This document shows, in pieces, positions 36,868-46,918 of a DNA stretch of 64,000 nucleotides. The stretch comes from an uncultured Planctomycetota bacterium (GTDB lineage Bacteria; Planctomycetota; Planctomycetia; Isosphaerales; Isosphaeraceae). The number at the start of each line of letters is the position of its first letter. Within the stretch, counting starts at the first letter, position 1. The notes beneath the pieces are model-generated. The model had not been told where the DNA came from. It did no database searches and saw only the letters and a program-made list of their open reading frames with translations. The translations under genes and the position numbers were made by a program. The stretch covers positions 1,248,001 through 1,312,000 of the forward strand of contig CAWGMQ010000010.1 in the NCBI GenBank assembly GCA_963823665.1, written 5' to 3'.

Positions 36868-38466
36868 TCACAAAGCCCCGTCGCTCGCCGGCGTGACCTT
36901 CACCTGCGCCGCCGGCTTCCGAGGCAACTCCCGGGTGCCGAAGCGCGACCTCCAGGCCAGGCTGGCCAGGATCTTGGCGTAGCCCACTCCATTCTTGAAC
37001 AGCGAGAAGCTCGACGCCCCCATCTCAGGCGTGCGGTTGATCCATGAGATGGCGACACGGCGGACATCGTAGCCCATCAGGATCGGCTTCAGTCCGGTCT
37101 CCGCGTTCGCTGCAAACCAGGCAGATTCCAGGTCAAGGCTCTCGACGACTTCGCGCCGCAAGAGTTTCAAGTTGTTCGTCACGTCTCGCATCTTGCGGCG
37201 GAATATGATGTGCAGCAACAGGTGGAACGATCGGTTGCAGAGGATCTTCATGAGCGGGTAGTTGATCAGCACGCTCGATCGCGAGAAGCGACTCCCCAGA
37301 ACAACATCGGCGCCGGCAGCAGCCTCGTCGAACATGTCGCGCAGCTCGGGCAGGATATGCAAGAAATCACAGTCCATGGAGAGGACATAGCGCCCCGTCG
37401 CCGCCTTGAGCCCCTCGGAGATCGCGCGGCCGACACCATTGGGCGGCTCGCGAAACAGGGGCCGCACCCTTCTATCGTACTCTGCCAGCTCCCGCATGAT
37501 TTGCCGGCTGCGATCCTTGCTGTTGTCGTCGACCAGGATGATCTCGTGGATGTACTCGTCGTAGTGCTTCAGCAGCCCTTCGACCAGCGGGCCGAGATTC
37601 ATTTCCTCGTTGTAACAAGGCACGACGACCGACACCGCTCCGTGCAGTGTGTCGTGCTCGGTCAAACGCACCGATGGCCTGGGAAGACCACGCGGCGGCT
37701 TCTGCGCGTGGAGGAGAATCGTCCCCGCCAGCCGCTTGATCCCCGGCGTCGTTTCCATGATCAAGGAAAGCGGCCTCATGACCGGCAGCGACCAGCGTGG
37801 AACCGGCCGGTAAAGGAAGTCGTAGCAGGTCGTCATGATGCTCACGAAGCCCAGCTCCGAAAGGAGCTCGTAAAGCTGGACTCGGTTGTGCATCAGCCGT
37901 TCGTCGCCTCGGCGAATGAACGGAAGCACCTTGCCGATCGTCCTCCGCATCTGGAACATCGGGTTCCAGGGGTTGGTCTCGAAGAATAAAAGCCTGCCCC
38001 CCGGCTTGAGGAGCTTTTGCACCTCGGTGAGCAGCGGAGCGGCGCAGGCGTGGTCCAGCACGTTGCTGGCGATCACGTAGTCAAACTCGCGGCCTCCCAG
38101 CTCGCCGGGGAACCCACTCAACTGCACCCCTTCGGTCGATTGCAGCGAGCTTGACAGCCACGACAAATCATTCTGCGGGTCGAAGGTCGCCGCCGTGATC
38201 GGGCACTCCCCCCGAGAAACTCCCTCAATCGCGTGAGTGAGCGTGCCCGAGCCGCATGCCAGCTCGAGAACAGTCTCCCCGGGCAGCAGGTGCAGCATGT
38301 GCCGCGCTGTCGTGGCCCTCCACCAGACCCGCATCTCAGCCAGATTGTCCTTGCGCGTCCAGTACCAGTCGGAGACACGCTCACGGTCCGCGATCGACCG
38401 CATCGCCAAGCGCGACACCGCGCTCGACTCCACCGGGGGCGGTGCGAGCGGATTCTTCTCGAGCAT
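36868..38466 (-). CDS. Bifunctional class I SAM methyltransferase / GT2 glycosyltransferase
   Basis: VLELACGSG and LKPGG, then VVPCYNE, VDDNSKD and SMDCD. GGGAGG RBS before ATG 38466. Confidence 0.88.
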   Translation of the reverse strand: MLEKNPLAPPPVESSAVSRLAMRSIADRERVSDWYWTRKDNLAEMRVWWRATTARHMLHLLPGETVLELACGSGTLTHAIEGVSRGECPITAATFDPQNDLSWLSSSLQSTEGVQLSGFPGELGGREFDYVIASNVLDHACAAPLLTEVQKLLKPGGRLLFFETNPWNPMFQMRRTIGKVLPFIRRGDERLMHNRVQLYELLSELGFVSIMTTCYDFLYRPVPRWSLPVMRPLSLIMETTPGIKRLAGTILLHAQKPPRGLPRPSVRLTEHDTLHGAVSVVVPCYNEEMNLGPLVEGLLKHYDEYIHEIILVDDNSKDRSRQIMRELAEYDRRVRPLFREPPNGVGRAISEGLKAATGRYVLSMDCDFLHILPELRDMFDEAAAGADVVLGSRFSRSSVLINYPLMKILCNRSFHLLLHIIFRRKMRDVTNNLKLLRREVVESLDLESAWFAANAETGLKPILMGYDVRRVAISWINRTPEMGASSFSLFKNGVGYAKILASLAWRSRFGTRELPRKPAAQVKVTPASDGAL

Positions 38467-38682
38467 CAGCAAAACCCCTCCCGAATGACTGGCCCAGTTG
38501 TACCTAAATGATATGTCTCGAACCGCGAATTCGCAATACGCGTCAAGGTGCTCATCGCCTGCACATCCGTAGTGCGGACCACTCGCGATGGTTATGATTG
38601 TGTCCTTGATCAAACTGCCCAGATCACGCGGAATCTCGCCATCAGGGCCGGCCGGTCCTCGTTCCGAAGCTCAGAGCAAGTG

Positions 38683-40253
38683 ATGAATTCGGAATCCTCC
38701 GACGCACTCGATCGTTCCCCTTCTACTTCGACCCCCTCTCCTGGCGACCAGGCCTCGCAGGCCCCGCCCAATCCCTTCCGGCTCCGTACGCTGACGATCC
38801 TGTTCATGGCAGAGGCGCTGGTGCTCGCACTGGTCCAGTTGCCGCTGACATTGGACTTTAATTCCATCATTCACGCGGACCAAGGGGCGAATCTCACCGT
38901 CCAGAAGCTACTTGACCGAGGCCGGATCCCGATCATTGATTTCGGCTACCCGTATGGCTTGCTTCCGCTACTCATCGGTCGGTCGTGGTTTGCGCTGTTC
39001 GGCAGAACGCCCGCGGCTTATGCAGCGGCGATGTTCGTCGTCGATCTGCTGATCGCCTGGGGCTTGGCCCGCTGTGCCTATGCCTTGCGGTCGGGACCGG
39101 TGGGCATCGCCCTCTTCGTCTGCACAATGCTCTCGACCGCCCTCTGCTCCTACATCAACCTGGCGCATGCCTGCGAAGCCGTGCTGATCTGTCACGCGCT
39201 AGCCGCGCACGCCAGCGGCCGCCGGCCGCGTGCCCTGGCGCTCTTGACGGCAGCCCTTTTCATCAAGCCCGTGATGGCCTACGTCTACGGGTTCTTGATC
39301 ATCATCCTCATCGCGCGAGTGCGCGGCTGCGAGATCTCCTGCGGTCGCTGGTGCCCTCGGCACTGACTGGAATCTTGCTTTTTGTCACACTGGCCGCCTG
39401 GTTCGGGATTGCCCTGGTGATCCAGTCACTCCTGCCGGTGCGCGGAGCCGACAACTACAAGCAGTTGAACTACGGGTTCTTCTTCGGGATCGGCCGCAGG
39501 TTCTGGCTTCCGGACGACCTATCGCCGAGGTTCTACATCTTTTCGCCCGCCGGGCACTACCTCGTTGGCTCGGTCGTCCTGCTTGCCGCCGCGGTTGCCT
39601 CGGGCTGGCGGCTCGTTCGGAAGTCCGCGTCCCTGAGCGACTCGAACGCCGAGGTCGTCGCGTGCTGCGGTATCATGCATTTGAGCTTTCTGACCCTGTT
39701 CTACGGCGATCGCGCCTCCTGGACGTACTATTACTACATCTTGATCATCGGCTTGGCGGCGATGGCAACCCGCGGCCGCGGCTGGGCCGTTCTGGTCGCC
39801 CTGATCACCATCGCGTCCATGGCCGTCTTCAAGGACTGGGGCGGCTATCTCAGGAAGCAGTGGCGCGACAAGACTCACGCTGCCGATACGTTCGGGCTCT
39901 GGGCCGACACCCCTTCCCGTGAGGAATGGCGGCAGGTCAGACAGGTCATCCGCGACAAACCCGCTGTGTACCTCACAAGTGGCGGTGGTTGCCTTGAATT
40001 ATTCATGCCGCAGTTTGCCGACTCGGAAGACATGTTTTTCACTCCCGGCTACCCGACACCCAAAGAGCTCGATCGCAGGCTAGAGCAGATCGCCGGCACC
40101 GAGGTCGTCTTGATCAGAAAAATGATCAACGTCAGAAATTTCCTCGATGTCTGGCCCGAAATCCGCAACGCCTTGGCCGGTTTCGATCTGGTCGCATCCA
40201 CCGAGCGTTATCTGATCTATCAACGTTCACCCCGAGACAAGCCGTCAAACTGA
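38683..40253 (+). CDS. Multi-pass membrane protein, possible GT-C-fold glycosyltransferase, frameshifted near 39320
   Basis: ADQG...GRIPIIDFGYPYG after the first TM, FIKP motif, many TM helices and a soluble C-terminal domain. Confidence 0.65.
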
Positions 40254-40342
40254 GTCGCCGCGCTCGCCTGCCCCACTGTCGCCCTTCGCGCCGCGCAGGG
40301 ATTCCCGTAGACAAGCCGTCAAGCTGAGTCGCCGCGCTCGCC
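40235..40342. repeat. 34-bp direct repeat with one mismatch, between convergent genes
   Basis: agacaagccgtcaa(a/g)ctgagtcgccgcgctcgcc at 40235-40268 and 40309-40342. Confidence 0.9.
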
Positions 40343-41347
40343 GTGCGATTGGATGAACTTCCTCACTGACGGCGAAATGAGGTAGATCGAGACCAGCGCG
40401 TACACGAGGATCAGGCCAATCCCGATCATGATCCGCTTCAGGTCGATCCGGTCCTCGAACGGCCGGATCCCGACAGTCGCGTCGTCGGCGTTCTCCTCCG
40501 GAGCGACCGAGTTGACGTTCACAATGTTTTCCTGGTCCTGCATGAACGGCTGCAAGAGCGGAAGTGCGATCAAGGTCATCACGTCGACAATCGCGCCGAG
40601 TGTCAGTGCAACGAGCAACAGTTTGACCGATTTGCCGCGGATGAATTGCACGGCCGCGTAGATCCCAAATCCCGAAACCATGCCTAGCGCCAGCCAGGAG
40701 AGCAGTTCGATCGACGATTCCGCCCTGGTCGAGCTGATGAGGGCGAGAATCATGAGGACGAGGCTGCCGGCGATGACCAGTATTCCCGTGATCGAGACAC
40801 CGGCCGGCGCCCCCGGAGGCGCTGGCGGCGGCCCGGGCGCCAGATCATCCTCGAGACCAACGCGAAGACCAGTCTCCTGATCGGTGCCGCACACCGAACA
40901 GATCGACATTCCTCGTGGTACCCCGGTGCCGCACGTAACGCACCGCCTCGTCTGGCTTCGCGCCTCGGCCGCAGTTTGCCGGCGCCTGGCCGGCCGGTCG
41001 TCGAAAAGGGCCGCGGCGTCGGCGGCTTGCGAGCCGCGGCCAGCGTCGTTGCGCTCCATATCGCGAGCGCTTCCCAGGGTGAGTGGCAGGTCAAAAGCCT
41101 CGCGGAGGTCGCCCCCGCCCAGCGATGGCGGCAGATCCTCGGGCACTAGCCGGGCCTTCTGCAGATCGAACGCGGAAGCCGCCGTCGCGTCATCCATTCC
41201 GGGCGCCGTCGACGCCGAGCTCGCGTCCTTTTCAGTGACCGAGAACTTGCTTCCGCACCGTGGGCACTTGAATTTCTTGCCGGGTTTGATCCCCGGCGGA
41301 AGATTCAAAATGCTGCCGCACCAGTTGCACTGGGTGGTCTGGGGCAT
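40319..41347 (-). CDS. Zinc-ribbon membrane protein
   Basis: CNWC...CPRC and CVTC...CSVC, followed by four TM segments. Start placed at MPQTTQC. Confidence 0.8.
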   Translation of the reverse strand: MPQTTQCNWCGSILNLPPGIKPGKKFKCPRCGSKFSVTEKDASSASTAPGMDDATAASAFDLQKARLVPEDLPPSLGGGDLREAFDLPLTLGSARDMERNDAGRGSQAADAAALFDDRPARRRQTAAEARSQTRRCVTCGTGVPRGMSICSVCGTDQETGLRVGLEDDLAPGPPPAPPGAPAGVSITGILVIAGSLVLMILALISSTRAESSIELLSWLALGMVSGFGIYAAVQFIRGKSVKLLLVALTLGAIVDVMTLIALPLLQPFMQDQENIVNVNSVAPEENADDATVGIRPFEDRIDLKRIMIGIGLILVYALVSIYLISPSVRKFIQSHGERGDSA

Positions 41348-41530
41348 AAATCGTTGAGGCCCGCTCCGGTAAGCTCGCGTCGGTCGTTGCCATACGAATT
41401 GCACCCGCGCGATTAAACAACTCGAGCGCGAGAGATTGTGCCAGCGCCGTTCATTGTGGCGGACAAAGCCAGGTACTGTCAATTTCGGCATTCCTTCCGC
41501 TCGCCGCATCCTCAAGCAAGCGGGACCCTT

Positions 41531-41787
41531 CCCCCCCCGTTGCCAAGGGGGGGCTAGAGGGGGCTGAAGGGCGTCACCCGCCAGTGATCCGCTCGCCGCG
41601 CCCTCAAGCAAGCGGGAGCCCCGCGCTCACTTTCCCCCCCCTTGCGAAGGGGGGGTCTGGCCCGGCGTCCGCGTACTGAGATTCGATCGACGACACCACT
41701 CCGACTCCTGCTCATACCCGTACTCCTGGTCCCACTAGTCCCGCCCGCTCCGCCGACAACTGACCACTAACAACTGACCACTGACAA
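41531..41787. repeat. REP-like C/G-run palindromes and a short tandem repeat
   Basis: ccccccgttgccaagggggg (about 41533), ccccccttgcgaagggggg (about 41636), and acaactgaccacta acaactgaccactg (about 41756). Confidence 0.7.
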
Positions 41788-42763
41788 GGCACGTCGTTTT
41801 GTACATTCGTCGCGCGTCCTTACGCCACAAGGACTACGGGAACGCACTCGCTCGGTCAAGGTTGCGAGCCATCGGCCGAATTCGAAGCAGAAACCCCGCC
41901 CGCGAGCACGTCGCTTTGACCCAGAATTGCCCCGGCGCGGCTTGCGAAGCGCGCCACCCCCCGAATTCAGGTCCGCGGCCCTCCTCAAGTGCAAATAAAA
42001 AAACGGCTTCGGTCGATCCAACAGCTTCTTTCCCCCTGGATCAAAATGATACCAAAGTGATAGCAATAATTGAAAATCCTCGCCTTCGTCCCAGTTCAGA
42101 GTCCGGGGCAGCGAACCCTGCACTCGACCGGCGACACGGCAAATCCACTGTGCTCAGAAAGACTGAGTGGAGATCGACGAGAAGGGTAGGAAAGCAAAGG
42201 GGAGCCGCCCATCGCGCGAGCATCGCGCGTTCGCAGACTCTTCCCTATGGATAATATGCGACGGGTTTCAGCGATCGGCATTAAAAGCGTCCAAAAAAAC
42301 TGCAATCACTCAATCGATACGACTGCAACGTCAGGACCTACGGCTTTGCGCGATTTCCATGTTAATTGTGAACACGCGGTCTAATGAAAACGGCACTCGC
42401 GGTAATCCGATCGGTCATCTAGGGGGTGCTCAGCTCCGACACACGGGGGAGGTGAAACCGGGACGCGGACGGTTTTGCGTTCGAGGGGAAGGGAAACGGG
42501 GACGCGCGCTGCACGAACGTGGCGAGCTGGATCGGACCCAGACTGGCTTACCTTACGCGGCCGTCCCCAGTTTCCGTCCCCCCCCAGAAGAAACTGGAAC
42601 CAAGCGGTCTCTAGCCGCATCCCGATCGGTGAGTAAACGGTGCAGCCATGGCGTCCGGCGGTCTGCATTTTCAACATTAAGACCGCGACGGCGTCGTCGT
42701 GTGTGAATCTCGGAGACGGTCGGGTCGTCGCGCGTGTGCGATTCACCTCGAATCGTCAGAAAA

Positions 42764-42788
42764 GAAGGTCGGACTTGAACCCACGCCC
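42764..42788 (-). mobile_element. Degenerate tRNA-Leu T-arm fragment, possible old att site
   Basis: Reverse complement GGGCGTGGGTTCAAGTCCGACCTTC versus GGGTGTGGGTTCAAGTCCCACGTTC in the 44044 remnant. Confidence 0.55.
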
Positions 42789-42792
42789 CAGA

Positions 42793-42879
42793 TCAATTGC
42801 ACTGAGTCGCGGACTAACCCTCGTGACACGGAGTGCGCGGGATTTTGGTCGATTCCCGTGTCTCGTCATCAAGGATTGA
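42793..42879 (+). pseudogene. C-terminal remnant of a VapC/PIN toxin
   Basis: SIALSRGLTLVTRSARDFGRFPCLVIKD* resembles the VapC tail IAL.xGLTLVTxNxRxFxRxPGLxIEDW. Confidence 0.6.
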
Positions 42880-42903
42880 GCCACGCGCAACCGGAGGCCG
42901 AAA

Positions 42904-43661
42904 TTATTTTGGCGCTGCACCGGTCGGTGTTCTCCGCGGCTCGGGAGCCGGGATGATTCGTCGGCTCGCGAAGGGAGGGAAACCGACGCCCGTGTTGATC
43001 GCGACGGCCATATGCACTGTCTCGATGGTCTCGGGCACGGTGAGCCGGATGGTGCAGGTTCTCGACTTTCTTCGCCAGTGAGTAGTTCGTCATGTAAATC
43101 GACCCAGTACTCCCGTGGCCGCTGACCTTCGTGGGGATCTCCTCGCCATCCGGCCCGATGAAGACGACCTTCCTGATCTCGCCCAGGGTCTGGTGATGGA
43201 ACAGTTGCTGATAGGGGGCCTTCCTCCTGGCCAAATCGAGGAGCGACGATCATCCCCGCCGCCGCGGGTTCCTTCCCGTCCGGGGCCAGGTCGGTATCCT
43301 TGTCGTCTCGGAACCTGGTGATCTTGCAGTCCTTGGCCTCCAGGCCGAGGATCAACTGATCCGGCTCGTCGAACGTGAAAGTGAGCGAGGTCCCCTCGCG
43401 AGGCGCGGCCTCGGACCCGAACCGATTCCGGCGCGGAAATCCGGGCGGCCCATCCGGCTGCCCCGGATCGGGCTTGACGACCTGGAGCCGAAGGAGCGAA
43501 ATCCGCGGTACGCCCTTGTCCTCCGCCGGCGGCTTCGCCGCGGCTCGGGCGCCGGGACGGGTCTTCTCGACCTGGGCCACGGCGGGCGACGGTGATGAGC
43601 CGAGCCAGACGGCGACACCGGCCAGACCCAGCAAACGGCCGAGACTGGTGGATTCTGGCAT
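42904..43661 (-). pseudogene. Secreted hypothetical protein with at least two frame disruptions
   Basis: Signal peptide at 43661. Plausible coding continues through LGEIRKVVFIGPDG and CTIRLTVPETIETV to TAA 42904. Confidence 0.55.
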
Positions 43662-44043
43662 GACTGCTACTCAATCACGCTTTCGGGCCAGGAAAACCCA
43701 CGGTGGTTCGCTCGCGGTCGTCGAAACCGCGGGCCTCAATATAGTCGGAGGCGCATGTGGCGTTCAAGCTGCGGCCCAACGAGGTCATGCTTGAGGCTAG
43801 AACCGCAGGCGTACTCAACCCGTTGCCGGTACGTCACTCGTCCCCGATGCGTCGCTCTGACCGCTCTCGCTTGGGGCTTCCACTGCCGGCGTTGCCTCGG
43901 CGTTATCATCTTCTCTGAGCGCTGCTACGGCAACTCGTTTGCAACGCCAGACACCGCTGCCGTTCAAATGTCACGGCAACGCTGCCTTCGGAATATTTCC
44001 AGCATGGCCGGTTCGCAGGCTGCAATCCGGCGTAAGTGCTGAA

Positions 44044-44111
44044 TACCGAACGTGGGACTTGAACCCACACCCTCTTGGGAGGACCGGATTTTGAGTCCGG
44101 GACGTCTGCCA
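44044..44111 (-). tRNA. tRNA-Leu(CAA) 3' portion without a valid 5' acceptor strand (att remnant or pseudo-tRNA)
   Basis: TGGCAGACG, anticodon arm CCGGA-CTCAAAA-TCCGG, long variable arm CCTCCCAAGAGG, T arm GTGGG-TTCAAGT-CCCAC, then GTTCGGTA. The upstream TCCCATG pairs poorly with GTTCGGT, and U8/A14 are absent. Confidence 0.85.
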
Positions 44112-44312
44112 CACACGTAGCATGGGAAACACGTTGCAGCGATACTTCAAAGCCCTCGGCTTCGAGGCGGTTACGATGCCGCCCTGAGCTGCGTACATTG
44201 TTGTCACATCGTGACCGTTTGCGCTTGGCGCGATACAATGCCAGCGTTCCTCCGAGCCATTGGCGCAACGTCGCAAGCGATTTGCCGGCTGGTTCAGAAG
44301 TCGAGACAGCAA

Positions 44313-45134
44313 ATGACAGACAAGGCGGATAGCGCCGTCGATGATCTGAAGTGCGACATTCTTCTCTTTTTTGCCACGCAAACAGAGCGCGAGCAACTTG
44401 AAAAAGGTGCTACTGAACGTGGGCTTGAGTTCGAGGAAAGAAACGACGGACGCGCAGGCATTTATTTCACGCACTGAACGATTGGCCCGAACCGTGTACG
44501 AGCGGTCAAGACACGTATGGGCCCTTTTTTCCATCAGGGATCTGCCTCGCAGGCTATTGTCGCGCGTGCCGCAAGCTCGGCGACATCTATCATCCAAGTG
44601 GGTATGGCATTCGGGATCGATCGCAAGGAACAGAAGCACGGAGATGTGCTCGTTTCGAAATGGGTATTTCCGTACGACTATCGCATTATCGATCATGTCG
44701 CTACTCAAGGAGGCCAGCTTGATCGCTACGTCATCGATTACAGAGAAACCAAGCGGTTCCTCCCGAAGCAGTCGCTTCTCAGCATGCTCGAACGCGAGCG
44801 GAAAGAAGGTAATCACGGGTTCACGACCCACTTCGGAGGCATCTTGTCTGGCGGCTCTCGCATCTTCAGCCAGCTCTACTTGCGGGAGTTGTTGATTGCG
44901 GTCACGGGCGGTGAGGGCCCCGGCGGCTACGTGGGTGGCGAGATGGAAGGCGTCAGCTTGCTCGCAGCAAGCAAGAAATCTGAACCGGTATGGGCTATTG
45001 TGAAAGGGATCTCCGATTTCGCGGATGACCAACGACACGATGAGATCGAGGCCAACCGGCCGGAAGCATGCTTGAATGCCGTTCGATTCGTCCTTGCGGC
45101 GCTTCAGAGAGCAGACGAAGCACGTACCGAATAA
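44313..45134 (+). CDS. PNP/MTA-SAH nucleosidase-fold protein, frameshifted near 44470
   Basis: IQVGMAFG, GDVLVS, GGILSG, GGEMEG and IVKGISDFAD. Confidence 0.85.
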
Positions 45135-45147
45135 ATGGAGCTGGAAC

Positions 45148-45795
45148 ATGTCCGACCTGGACAGCTATTTCAAGATCGACAAGAGTAAGCGTGACAGCCA
45201 TCCGCTCATCCGCCTCCTTGACATGCGCCAAGGCGGGCCAGAGTTCGGCGAGGCGAAGGTCCAGGTCGTTCGACCGCGTTCCGCGCTCGGGTTCGAGCCT
45301 GCGGAATTGTCCCTTCTGTTCTTCAACAAGCAGGCTAAGAAGTATGACTCTAGGACCGAGGATTGGGACGCCGATCTGAATGACGCTCTTGTCCGTCGCA
45401 AGATCCGTGCGATCGATCAGTCCAACGAGATTCAGCGCTTCGGATTGAGCTTGGGTGCCGCGCTCCAACATCCTGAAAACCGTTACGGCGACGGATTCTT
45501 TAGTGCTGTCTTGATGCTCGTTGTCGACCAGAGTCCGTTTGCCAAGATGGGCGCGGTACGTGAGTTGAGGCCGTACATATCAACGAATAGGCCCAATGGG
45601 CGCGGCGATTCCGCCGAAAATTGCAGCGTGATGATCCAAGCGGTACTTCAAGATCGCTGGCTCGAACTGCGTAGGGAACTTGATTACGACAAAACGGATG
45701 CCGAGCGTATCTTGGCAGGGGCGCTCGTTGATTACCTGGATGAGCGATTCGGCATCACTGACGGGCGAAAGCTCGGTTGGCTAAAGGCACATTGA
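45148..45795 (+). CDS. Hypothetical protein
   Basis: GGAG RBS; starts 13 nt after the nucleosidase stop; 215 aa. Confidence 0.7.
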   Translation: MSDLDSYFKIDKSKRDSHPLIRLLDMRQGGPEFGEAKVQVVRPRSALGFEPAELSLLFFNKQAKKYDSRTEDWDADLNDALVRRKIRAIDQSNEIQRFGLSLGAALQHPENRYGDGFFSAVLMLVVDQSPFAKMGAVRELRPYISTNRPNGRGDSAENCSVMIQAVLQDRWLELRRELDYDKTDAERILAGALVDYLDERFGITDGRKLGWLKAH

Positions 45796-46169
45796 CCGTC
45801 GGCGGCAATAATAGCTGCGAAGCGTTGAGCACATATGTGTCAGACGTTGCAAATACGTTACTGCCTCTCCGGATGCGTAAAAACCACGCTGCAAACATAT
45901 TGAACCAACGTTGGGCTCACATGGGCAATATCTTCCCCTATTTTTCCCCTGTCGTAGCAGAACGAGATCGACGCCAGCCGGACTCGGAACAGAGCGAGCT
46001 CTTCGGGTCCTAACCTCGCACTGGCACGCGAGAGAAGCTTGGAAGCTATCCGGGATACCCGCCCGCAACCAGGGCTGCCAGGCATGAGCGCTCGCAGACG
46101 TTGCCCAGACCGACCTCGAGTATGTGGCCTCGGCCAACCACGGATGCCGTGCTGTTCTTCATCCGGCAC

Positions 46170-46541
46170 TCATTCATCCTCCTCGCGCGGCAGTTGGTCG
46201 ATCTTGGTCTCGACGCGGTTCAACTGCTCACGTAACGTCTTCAGTTGCTGTTCCACACGTTCCAGCCTTGGCTCGATCCGCTCACGAACAATCCGCGTCA
46301 CGTTCAGTCGCGTTACGACCGCAGTGTGATAAACTCCCTTCCCCCAGTCGGTGAAACTGCGAACATCCTCTTGGCTCGGATAAGACCATCTCCAGATTCC
46401 GTCTTCATCGATTCGGGGAGCACGAGAGCGCTTGGTTTTCGAGGGCTTGCGAGTCTGAAACGCGAAGCAGATGGTGCCGTCCTTAGTCGCGTCAACGGAA
46501 TAATATGCTTTCTGCGATCTCACGATATTCTCTCCTCTCAT
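46170..46541 (-). CDS. Small hypothetical protein with a C-terminal coiled coil
   Basis: RLERVEQQLKTLREQLNRVETKIDQL heptads. Confidence 0.45.
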   Translation of the reverse strand: MRGENIVRSQKAYYSVDATKDGTICFAFQTRKPSKTKRSRAPRIDEDGIWRWSYPSQEDVRSFTDWGKGVYHTAVVTRLNVTRIVRERIEPRLERVEQQLKTLREQLNRVETKIDQLPREEDE

Positions 46542-46918
46542 CGGCTTGAACTGTGTAGACCTGCGCAGCGATCAAGTGCGCACCTGCGCAAACAGTCATG
46601 TGTGTATCATCCCGCGTGAGTGTTCGCCATTAGGCTCGAGAAATAAGACAGACGTTACGTGATTGGTGACAAGCACCAGCTTTCGACACCAGCGCGTTAG
46701 CGCGGATACCGAAAGCGCCATACCTTTGAACCCGGTCCGAATTGCGTCCCGTACTGACATTACGTATGAATATTCACTTATTCGGCCTCCGCCAGTGCGA
46801 TTCTGGGAATCCGCTCATTCGCGCCGATGGTCCGGACCCCGTCGCGCGACACGTCCGTTCGAACAGCAGTTGTCATCGACAAGAACCAACGGCACCAAGC
46901 TAGTCGAGGAAGAAGACG

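Noticed and set aside
42440..42600. gaaacggggacgc / cgtccccagtttcc inverted motifs as IS ends
   Set aside because: Short and imperfect, with no transposase or target duplication seen.
44044..44128. Functional full-length tRNA-Leu
   Set aside because: Only 3 of 7 acceptor pairs form and U8/A14 are missing, so it is reported as a remnant.
45781..46169. Possible methyltransferase relic (GHILEVGLG on the minus strand)
   Set aside because: One short motif followed by several stops; not enough support.
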